The position numbers and the translations under genes are program-made. The notes beneath the pieces were generated by a model that did no database searches, had not been told where the DNA came from, and saw only the letters and a program-made list of their open reading frames with translations. Shown here piece after piece: positions 11,962 to 23,215 of a stretch of DNA of 64,000 nucleotides. Within the stretch, counting starts at the first letter, position 1, and each line of letters opens with the position of its first letter. This DNA comes from Nageia nagi (lineage: Eukaryota; Plantae; Pinophyta). The stretch lies in assembly GCA_050084985.1 (NCBI GenBank), contig JBITNC010000001.1, positions 57,288,001 through 57,352,000 of the forward strand. The letters are read 5' to 3'.

Positions 11962-14670
11962 AGAGGGGCCAATTGCTTCAAAATCGGTAATCACGAATTA
12001 AAGACCGGTGTCTATTTCAAATGTCTAACCATAACCATAACGACGTTTGGATAGATGCTTTTGCTGGGCAGGACTCTCAAAAATCATAGAATACCCTTTG
12101 ATTAAGAACCAATCGCCTTCATCGCGAAGAAGGTTGAGTTGTATTCACATCAATATTCAATATTAACCTGCTCAGATTGGGATGAGTGTCCTGTTTTTTT
12201 ATAATATTATACGCGTCCGTAGTGGCAATCTGTACCCCCAAAACACGCATCAAATGATACCATTCACTATCGTGGCCTAGATTGGAAGAGTTTAATCTTT
12301 AGACTAAGTCATATTAAGAGCATATTCATGAAGGTTTAAGAGAAGAATATGTAATCCAAAAGAAGAATAAATGGATCACATTTACTTTGTACGAAATGAA
12401 GCACTATGTAGATTTATGAGAAGAATTTATGTTAAAGGGATTTGATATGTAATAAGACATTGGTCTTCTTATTATTTACAAATAATTTTTTTTTTCACAA
12501 AATTAATATTCATATTAAGAATTATTTCATAAATAGAAAAATATATTCATATATTTAATTATAAGAATTGTATAAAATTAGGAGAGTTACTATAAAATAA
12601 ACCACCTTTTAATCAATTTGAATTATAGAGATTATATTAAAATTAGGAGGCTTACTTAAATATGAAGATTCTTACATGTTCATTGTTTTTATGTGCAATG
12701 TATAGTTATTACGCCGAGAGGCGTTTCTACAGCTGCAGCATGGGGGTGGAGTGGGGGAGCAAAATGTTAGTCCGTCCGTTAAACAATTGGCAAGAAAATA
12801 ATTTTTTTAAAATTAAAATTATATAGCCAACTGAAATATTAAAAGACACATCTTTTCAAAAATTATTATATAAATGGAAGGAAGAATATCAAACATCATA
12901 AAAATTCATTCCCAAATCAATCGAGAGATGCAGTGAATTCGAACAAGCAAAGTTGGAACAAAAGATAAACAGAAGAGAACTTTAATTTTATTGTAAGTTA
13001 ATTCTCTGCTATTGTAAATATATTTTTACTGTAATATTTCTTATTTCTTATTTTACATACAATTTAGACTCTGAATTCTTTTGCGCTTCTTATCTTGCTG
13101 TTCGCATAAAACTTTATCAAAAAATGCTCTGAATTCACAAAGTTTTACATGTCTTGGTCTAACATATTCGTTGTTGATGCCTTCTTTTCATTAGAAAGTT
13201 ATTCAATAAAATCAACACAAGATCATAAAATCCCCATTATACCAAATTAATTTAGTTTATATTGTTTCCATCACAGTGGTTTTCAATTTGCCATGCATCT
13301 CCACCACGCAGTGCCAATGCACTTCTACTTTGATATTTGAATAAGTAGATTGATATTTATACTTTAACAGAGTCAATACAGTCATCCATAACATTATTTT
13401 ATATGGTTGTCATTACATGTAGTGAATCCACATTATCGCCATAGTTTTTTGCTGGGCTCGGTAAACCTCTTGCCGAAAACTGTTGTGTATGCGTTCTATC
13501 ATAATATTATAATTTTATGGTATAAGAAAAAAATATTATAGGTATAATAAAAAATATAACTAAAAAATTTCAAAAATATTTAAGAGGATGAAAAAATACA
13601 TAAATTTTATTTAAGAGAAGAAAGAACACAAGTTCAATCTCGAAATGATATCTCTCGATTTTTTTGATATATAAGGGGCTATATCAAAGCTAGTTTATAT
13701 ATTTTTTATTGTTTATTCAGTAATTAATAGATTTGTTAAATTTTTTATATTGCTTAATTTACTTCATTTTTTAAAGAAGACATAGAAACCTTAGATGATT
13801 TTTTTTCTTAATCAAAAATTGATTTTATCTACATTTAAAGATGAGAATTATCCTCCAAATACTAAGTTAATTTCCTTAAAATCAAATTTCAATCTTATTT
13901 AAAAAATATTTAATTATTATTATTTATTTAAATAATTTATATTAATAAAATTATTTTGAATTAAGAAATTAAAAATTATATTAATTATATTTTGTAAAAA
14001 AATAATATGAAAATAAAAATATATATCATTTATATATATAATATATATATATATAAATTTAGAATTCTATATTTTTCGTATCTTCTTTCGTATAGCTACC
14101 TCAAACTTAGAAGCTGCTCCTGACCTATCTCTTCTATCAAAATCATCTAACACTTACATCAATCCTATTTCATTCATTATAACTCAACAAATTTGTTTAT
14201 AGCAATTTTTTACGCTTTTAATACATAAAATTTGAAAATAAAAATTTAACAGTATTTTTCCAACCAATCCAGCTAATATCATATTTATCTCTTTCTTTGG
14301 TTGAGAGGCGCCTTGAAACTTGACTCTGTGCCATCAATGACATTAAAAGGACTCTGTTCCGTGAATCCAGTGGGTTTTAACATCACATACAATTAACAGC
14401 ACCATCCAGTTTTCAACATTGTCACTTTCCAACACTTCTAAACATTGTTGGTTTCTACTAATACTTCACCGGAAGCAATATCACTTTCTCCATAGTAATT
14501 TTGAGTTCTACTAAAAAACGTTTCAAACCATCCCCATTGAAATACCATTTCTTCATAATAAAGAGGATTTAACAATGACAAAACAAGAATAGAATTCACA
14601 AGTGAAACCCATCTAATTCGCATAAATGAATTTGGTTGCAGAGAATATAGGTATATGCTACAAGACTCAC

Positions 14671-14718
14671 CTGCCCTCCAACCCGTCCATGGACGCCATT
14701 TTCACCATTGGTGGCCAT
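14671..14718 (-). CDS. Candidate alternative first coding exon B1 (MATNGENGVHGRVGGQ), phase 0
   Basis: 48 nt from ATG to CAG|GTGAGT donor; conserved in paralogue B2. Confidence 0.68.
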
Positions 14719-17560
14719 TGGTTTCTGCAGTTTGGCTTCGAAATCTAACTTACGTGGTCTAAGGAAGCCTATTCTTGTCAAATAAGGAGTGGAGTCCACA
14801 AACAGTGTTCCTCCACGCGTTAAAAAGCAGGCGTGTTGTAGATTTGCTACAGCTATAGCAACTATTCAATGACATGAAGAGTCCGTCGTATAAACGTGTA
14901 GTTCATAAAGGAGTTCAAAGACTCTTGAAAAGGTGGGCGCAGATTTGGATTCGCGTGCAAAAGATGCTTTTCGTGCGAATCGCGATATTCCTGTGGATGG
15001 AAGTACTTGGCATTTATTGTAATCATCTTGCAAGATCTCGGTGTGCTGCTCCGCTTGGACTTTGTGTGTTTTTATTCTGTTGACTCGAAAAAACAGGCGA
15101 TCATGACAGCATCTCGTTGAGCTGATTTACAGTTTGAGCTATGGTCTACTAATTTGGCTTTCATGTACAAAGTGTTAGAGAAATAACGACACCAAATCAG
15201 CTCCGGATAATGCTGTTCAGATAACATGGATTTAGAGGAAACTATCTCCAACTTCAACTACAAGTATAGCTGATGTTTAATTTATGGCTTGATTGTATTG
15301 GATTGACTTTTTTTTTAATATGAAAATCACAGAAGGATTTTTGGTTTTAACGTTAAAGAAATTGGTAAAATTTGAAAACAAATTTTGTAATATTGATGAA
15401 TTTTCAACACCGGCTGCTTGGAAAATTGTTATTCTTCTTTTGCATTCCCGATTCCCCATCAATCTCATGCCATTTCAAAATTATTATTTTTTAACTTTGT
15501 TTTCATTGTGCTTTATGTTGAAGTCAATGTGGACTTCACTTAACTGAAATGGGATATATCATAGAGATACGAATTTTAAATGATAATAAAAAGTAGGAAG
15601 TATATTCCTCTATCCCGTGGGCGAAACTTTTGATGTAAAGCATTATTTAGTAATATAAAAACAATATATATATATATTTTTTTCAAATGTCAATTTCATA
15701 ATGTCATCTTCACGGGCCAGTTTCATGTTAAATTTTTTCTACATTGATATTTAATTTTCAATTTAGTATATTTTTTATATGTTATGATTATGATGGTATG
15801 TGACATATATATAATAAACATGTACTAAGAGTTTGAAAATATAACATATTGTATGATGTTAAATTATACAATAAACAAATATTAAAAGTTTGAAAATAGA
15901 ATATATTGTATTATATTATATCATAGATATAATATAAAAAGGTAATGAATGGTAAATTTGTAAAATAAGAGTCTAATATTCATGGTATTATTATTATATA
16001 TATAAATAGAAAGAAAATAGTATTATAATATACTTATTGAAATATCATCTTCTGTTTGAAGATTTGGGAGACACTCAAATGAAGTAAATGATATTTCAAG
16101 TTGAAATCCTACTCTTTAGCTATTGATGATTTGTCTCAATTGTAAAAATGAAGCTAATCTTGTACCCTTTCTTCCTTTATTGAAGGTTGGTTGGTTCCTC
16201 CAAAAATCACTAGACTTTATTGTTCTTCTTATCTTTTTTGGTAATCTTAAGGGTTGCTTATAATCCTTTTTTATCAATAAAAATCACCCTTTATTTATCC
16301 TTTACAAATAAAAACATAAATTTTGAAGTAATTTTTGAGAAGAAATTATTGGAATATATAATAAGTAATAAAATAAATTTAAGTCTATTTATAATAATAT
16401 TGATCAAGTTATTGCATAAATAGGATTTTTACACCAAAGTGGTTCTAAGGCTACAAATCAATGTATTATTAAGAGATTTTTTTAAAATGAGCAATTAAAA
16501 ACCATGTAAGAGTATTATAATTTAATTTTAATCTATATTGAAGAATTTAATACAATATTATCATTTTTTAAAAATTATTAAATTTCATTTTACATTACCT
16601 TTCAATAAAAATGTTATATTATTGATGAGCTTTAAATTAAGGGGTCATGTACTCCACACATAAATATGGCATAGGTTATCATCAAGGTGGAATAATTTTT
16701 TTACTATAAATTTTGTAAAAGTTGGTATCATATCTTCTAAGAAAAAAAGAAAAAAACTATTATAATTTTATTTAAATATACAAGGATTGATACCTAAATT
16801 GTAAGCTACAAGATTTGATGATTATAATCTGATTATAATGTTATTGATTGAATATTGAAATAAAAATACAATTTAAATTATATGATGTATTAAAAATAAT
16901 AAAAATCTATGTAGCTATAAAATATTATAAAATTAAAGCTTAACAAGTGCTTAAACATAAAACAAAAATCAAGTATAATAATCCATGTGAAAGGAAATTT
17001 TTTGATATGCTTTAGGAAATATAATGAACCAATATTAGTGCAAGGTCAAATTTGTTTCTAAAAATTATAAAAAGTAAAGTATGAAATTAATTTCATATAC
17101 TAACATAAAAAAAATAGAAAAATTCTAAAAAATAGGAAAAAGAAATAAATGCGTAATTTAAGGAGCATAGCAGGTCACATACTATCATTCACCAGTGGAA
17201 TACTTGATTTCCATGTGACCTTATATAAGATCTTAAGATCTAAAATGGACCTGAAATTCTTTATTGAGAGCAGGCATCAGAAGTGGAAGATGTTATCATG
17301 GAAGGACAGTTCATTTGACTGAAAAAGTTCATAAATGTTTTTGGCAGCCTTCACAAATTGCCTGGAAAGATTACCGAAAGATTACTGAAAAAGTTCAAAT
17401 CCTATATTGAAAAAGCTACTAAAGTATGTCTCCCACTCCATTATTCAGCTCGGAGTGGACCAACTTAATAGTCTTTGTGTCACTGAAATTTTAGTTTCCT
17501 CAACCAAGGAAGACATTGCTGTAGTAACTAAGTTTAACTTAAAAGACTCTTGAAACTCAC

Positions 17561-17653
17561 CTCTCCATTCAAGCTATTTTCATCATCTGCGCTGTTCTGA
17601 AAATCGCTATATTCTGACAGATGAACAGGAGCAGCATCTCTGTTACTTGCCAT
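17561..17653 (-). CDS. Candidate alternative first coding exon A2 (MASNRDAAPVHLSEYSDFQNSADDENSLNGE), phase 0
   Basis: 93 nt from ATG to GAG|GTGAGT donor; paralogue of A1. Confidence 0.68.
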
Positions 17654-18624
17654 CGATAGTGGTCGTCCGTTTGATAGTGTCAATTTATCAAAGGACCATC
17701 ACCATGCTGATGGGAAGCTGACTTACAATGTGCTTGATAAAGGGTATTTATTTCAAATGTCTGACGCGTTTAATCAGATTCTTTTATTTGGCAGGAATCT
17801 GAAAAGCAGAAACGTACAGAATACCCTTTGATTAAGACCCAATCCCATTGATCCGGAAGTGGGTTGGTAGGATTCATATTATATGCAGGGGGAGGAGTAA
17901 TATGTACTCCAAAACATTATTGTAGCGTAAGTTGCAGGACTTTGTCCAGACTCTTCACGACATGACTCTTGAGTTGAGTTGACTCTATAAGTAGTAGATG
18001 CATATTATTATTTATTTATCAACAAGTCACATTACAGATCAAGAATTTATTCTTGAGATGTATGACAAAGAATCTATGTAACTTAACATATGTAATTGAC
18101 TATAATAATTTCTAATCTTATTTAGATATTATTATTTAATTTATTATTTCATCATATTTAATATTTATAAATATTGTATTTTTTACATAAATAAGATCAA
18201 TGATGAATGGTCATACCTCCTCTAAATACTGCAAACTTTTCACTTAAAAAAGAATAGCATTGATCTTGTTCGAAATAATTTAATGTTAAAAAGTAAAGTA
18301 ACTTCTTAATATTAGGAGTAATTGATTCATTTTAGTTGTTTTTAATGCTACATATTTATTGTTATTTTTTATTGTTAATATTTTTATTATGTGTATAAAT
18401 GAAATAATATTGTTAATAAATTATTTATTTATGTTAAGGGAGTTGGTGAAGTAATAAAAATCTTCTACTGAAAGTTAAATCTCAATACTTCTAGCAATTT
18501 ATGATAATTGGTATACAAGTCTCCATTGAGCATCTTAGAGTATGCTTTTATCAACTTAGGGTTGAAGCAGATCACCAAATACTAAGAGAGGAGCTGACAT
18601 GTATGTTTTGTTACTTATCAAAAG

Positions 18625-20445
18625 TGAAATGAAATATTATTAATGTCCGCGGTGGGCCAAATATGATCTAAGGGATTGAAAAAGTAGAACAATGAAAACT
18701 ACAAGTAGGGGGGCCAAAAGTGCCCAATCAAAGAGCAAACAAAAATAAATACAAAAAAGTACAAATCATGCATTGAGATAAAAAACATCATCCATAAGAA
18801 AAATTCTCTCTTAATTTCTCCCAACATCGGATGTTGATGAATCAATGCTAAAAAAATCATTGATTTGGCTCTATCTATCATTAATTTGGAGTCCCAAAGA
18901 TCTGCGAGTACATTATCTAGTAGCCCTATTGATGTCTAGATGATCTGGTGCTTATCATTTTTGGCCAATATTTATATCATCCCTTGGTAAATTAGAGCTA
19001 GTGAAGTAGGATGTGATAAGCTGAGATTGTTGAAGGTGCAAGACACTTAGATGAAAGCTCTTTTGCCAACAAAATTGGGTTGCTTCTCTGATATAAAGCC
19101 CTAAGCAATGTTGGTTCTCATAATAGAAAAAGGTGAATATAGAGAGTGAATCACCCCTAAAGAGGTAATAGAACTTATCTTGAATCTCACAGTAGATATT
19201 CGGACAAGGAAAAATAAAATGGTGTAGATTTTCTACTTCCCTAGGGAACAAAACATACATATTCGTTTCTCTCTTGGAATATGATGATCTTTTTCAACCA
19301 ATAGTTGATGGGAGCATACTTGAAGTTGCCCAATGGAGACCTGTATGCCATGTGTCAAAGCTACTGGAGATATTGAGGAAGAACTATTTGACTATCCTAG
19401 ATATGTAGAAAGTGCTCATGATAAAATGTTAATGGGGGAGAGGGGGTAATGGGAGATATCCATATGCAACAGGTATAATGAAGAACGATGTCCTTTCGAA
19501 TCTCAAGAATTATTTTTTCCTTCTTATTATATGATGGAACTCTAAGAGAGTAAGATAGAAGTTTGTCAATATGAATCTGAATACTTTCTAAAAGTATAAA
19601 TACCTTAGAATGCTAACCCCTTTTCCTCCTCCTAAGACTTAACGAAAGGTCCATTGAAGAGCATAAAGCAAGGTAAGGATACCTTCTACACCTAGAGGGG
19701 GTGTCTACCAAAGTGTGAAGCCTATAAAGATAAGTGATGATATTTAAAATAATCTCCAACCAAATGGGTGAAGCTCCAAACTCTACAAGGATAATCAAAT
19801 GAGGAATTGTGCACTTGCATTATATAAACCTTTATGGAAAAAGAGTTTGTATTCTTTCAACATGAGACCATTCAGCTGGACCAAGACTAGGACCCCATAC
19901 TTTCAATCCGTAGGTAACAGTTGGCTTCACTAAGGTGTCAAAAATCTTCATCTGGGATGGGATGTCCTAGAAATGAGCTCTAAAGCAACTCCATTCTAGT
20001 AAGGAAACTATTGCATATCCCTTACAAATGTGAGCTTAGGCAAATGGCTTCATCTAAAATGTAGGTCCAATGAAAAGAACTCCAAGGTATACATAGGACT
20101 TGTTGATCTCTACATCTCATCCTTGAATTTGGAAATGAGGATGAGATACAAAATCCTTGGTAGTATTAAACACCATAACCTTGGTCTTGGTAAGTTTAAT
20201 TGAAAATTATTTTCAAGCATAAAAATCAACTAATGCATCCAATTGATGTTGGAATCCCTCAACAGTTGAAGCTAAAAGAATAACATCATCAGCAAACTGA
20301 AGGATAGAGATCAAGACATTATGAAGTAAGCATCCATCATTTGCATGTGTATGTTCTTGGAGAAAAGACTCAAGCTCATCTATGAATATCCCAAAAAGTG
20401 TGGGGAAAAGGGGGCAACCTTGTTTCACTCCTATGGTGCTAAGAA
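18625..20445 (-). mobile_element. 5'-truncated degenerate non-LTR retrotransposon (LINE, RTE/RTEX-like): RT, C-terminal Cys/His finger and (ATTTC)n-type tail
   Basis: KQGCPLFPTLFGIFIDEL...QFADDVILL (RT motifs); RICMFC...EVENLHHFIFPCP; 3' end ...AATATTTCATTTCA. Confidence 0.85.
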
Positions 20446-20449
20446 TGAA

Positions 20450-20885
20450 TATCGGTTTATTTTTTGTTGTCCCATATACTAAAAGATTAGAGGTAGATTT
20501 TATTATCTCTTCAGAAGTGACTTACTCTCTATATCAACATTTTGTAGTTATAAGGACCAACATTATTTCAGACTTTACAACAGAGAAGTTATCTAATTTT
20601 GTCTCTCTTATATAAGTGCCTCTCATCCTGCATAATCTTACCTTATCACAAACTACTTCACCCAAGGTAACTAGAAAACAAATGGATAAAGACAAAACAA
20701 TGATTTTTTTTGAAAATAAAACATTTGTATATATGATGTTAGAAGAAACTAATTCAGAAATGATTTTTTCTCTTTAGTTAGGCACCTTTGGCCCACTTAC
20801 TTGTAGTTTTCACTATCCTAATTTTCCAGTACCTTGGTTCACTTTGACCCACCGTGAACATCTATAATATTTCATTTCATTTCTC
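20450..20885 (+). mobile_element. Short 3' fragment of the same LINE family in opposite orientation
   Basis: KIRGRFYYLFRSD... aligns with EIQDKFYYLFRGD... of the minus copy; 20770-20880 is a diverged reverse complement of 18625-18735 and ends ATTTCATTTCATTTC. Confidence 0.8.
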
Positions 20886-22199
20886 TATTTTATATGTTAA
20901 AAACATATAAAATAGTGTAAATACCCTTCTTCAAAACTTAAAAAACTATTTACCAATATTTAACAAAATATTAATAAACCAATATGATTCAAAAGAAGAG
21001 TAAATAATCAACCATATCTTATATAAAGATGAAGTACTATGTAGATCTTAGAGAGAACTTACCTATATACTCACCTATTCTAATTAAAGGAATTGTATAA
21101 GAATTAAGAGGGTTATTATAAAATAAATCTTACATTTAACTTAATAAGAAATTTTATATATCTTCATTATTTCTATGTACATTGTATGATTATCTTTCAA
21201 TTATTTTCATACTAGATAATTAATAAAATCATTTAACTTTTTACATTACACAATTTATTCCATGCTTCTAGAAAAAACATAAAAACCTTAAACCATTTCT
21301 TATTTATTTTTTTATGAAAGATTAATTTAATTTATATTTACATATAAAATTATCCTTCAAATACTAGATTAATTTCCCTAAAATTAATTTTAATTATTAT
21401 TAAAAAGATATTTAATTAATTTTTATTAACTTAATAATTCATATTAATATTTTTTATTAAAAAATATTAAAATTATATTAAATATATTTTGTAAAAAATG
21501 TATTTAAAACAGTTATGTAAGATTCAAAAATATCTTTTATGTTTATGAATAATTTAGAATTCTACATTTCTAAAAATCATCCTTCCGAATAATTCGCTTC
21601 ATAAGCTACTGAAGGAAAAAACTATTTCCGAACCGTTCAATTTGCGTGGATGAATCTACTACAACTCAAAATAATATTTTTTTATCACGATGTTTCAGAT
21701 ATTGAAGAAAGGAAAATTTGGACACAAAACCTCAACAGTATTTCCCTTTTTTTTTTTTTGAAGTACTGTTACAATTAAGTCTTTCACATCATGCCTTTTG
21801 GATCCCATCCAACTATTTCGTTCGTTCAGACACACGCCTTGGACCATCGACGTAGAGGGAAGAAGAAAACGAGGAGATGGTTGGATGAATTCAATGGGTT
21901 TAAATTAAAAAATCACATCACATAATGAGACTAACAAACAACACCATGGAGTTTTCAACATTGTCACTTTCTAACACTTTCACACTTCTAAACTTGTTGG
22001 TTGAAGCAAATATCACTTTCTCCACAGTTTTTGAGTCCTAGTCGGAAACGTTTCAAGCCATCTCCATTTCAAATATCATTTCTTTACAATAAAGGAGGAT
22101 TTCAATGACAAAACAACAAGAGAATTCGCAACAAAACTCATCTAATTTGCATTAATTAATGTGATTGCAGAAAATATAGGTATATGCTAAAAGACTCAC

Positions 22200-22247
22200 C
22201 TGGCCTCTAACCCGTCCATGGACGCCATTCTCACCATTGGTAGCCAT
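22200..22247 (-). CDS. Candidate alternative first coding exon B2 (MATNGENGVHGRVRGQ), phase 0
   Basis: 48 nt from ATG to CAG|GTGAGT; differs from B1 by three synonymous changes and one G>R change. Confidence 0.68.
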
Positions 22248-22868
22248 GGATTTCTTCTACTCTTGCTCTTCCCCAACTACGAATACTATGGATCTGCAGT
22301 TGGGCTTTGAAAACTAACTTACGTAGGCCAAGGAGGCCTAATCTTGTCAAAGGAGGGGTAGTCCACAAATAGTATCCATCCAAGTGTTTAAAATCACAGC
22401 TAAAGAGCCATTCAATGGCCTGAAAAGTCCGTCATATGTACACATGTAATGCATTTAAAGGAGTTGGAAGATTCTTGACAAGGTGGGCGCGGATTTGGGT
22501 GAGAAAGATCCTTTTCTTGAAAATAGGGATATGCCTTTGGATGGGAGTTGGCAGTTTTTATTTCTTTTGACTTGAAGGAATGGCCATCTTTGGCAATGGC
22601 ACCCATGTCGTTGAGCTTGTTTATAGGTAAGGTTTTGTTACTTTGGCATACTGCCATACGAACAGCCCGTCAAACTCCTGCGTCTGGAATGACGTTGATG
22701 GCTTATGGTACAAGGCAATATTTACTGTTGCCAACATTACAAAACTAAAATGAGCTCGGATAACACTGCTCTGATATAACATGGATTTCCGGGAAGCTAT
22801 CTTTAACTATAGCTGAAGTTTCATTTATGACTTGATTTTATTGGAATGTTGTTCACTGATTGAATTTT

Positions 22869-23215
22869 TAATTGTTTTGATCAGTATACTATGAGCTACA
22901 ACATAAAATAAACAAAACAATATTTTTATTTAAATCTGAAAGAAGATTAATCAATCTTAGTATAATCTCGAAGTGAGATAATCTTTACATCCGAAAAAAA
23001 TTACGAACTTCATCAATACCTAACATGATATCGATATTGTATAATTGTTTTGATCAGTATACTATTAGCTACAACACAAAATACACATAACAATATTTCT
23101 ATTTAAAATGGAAAGAAGATTGATCAATCTTAATATAATCTTGAAGTGAGATTAACCTTTACATCCGAAAAAAATAACGAACTTCATCAATACCAAACAT
23201 GATATAGATATCATA
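22869..23215. repeat. About 173-bp tandem duplication
   Basis: ATTGTTTTGATCAGTATACTAT...ACGAACTTCATCAATACC.AACATGATAT occurs twice. Confidence 0.9.

Larger units (their letters stand above)
11256..15305. repeat. Segmental duplication unit 1 (cassettes A1 + B1)
   Basis: Collinear with 17158-22850: 11256-12110 vs 17158-17845, about 12360-12710 vs 20990-21195, about 13840-14070 vs 21345-21570, 14360-15305 vs 21885-22850. Confidence 0.9.
17158..22850. repeat. Segmental duplication unit 2 (cassettes A2 + B2), expanded by LINE insertions
   Basis: Both units start TTAAGGAGCATAGCAGGTC and end near TATAGCTGA.GTTT.ATTTATG.CTTGATT.TATTGGA. Confidence 0.9.

Noticed and set aside
18625-20885. Single TIR DNA transposon carrying a reverse transcriptase
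   Set aside because: The inverted repeats are LINE 3' ends with tails, and homology extends into LINE coding sequence.
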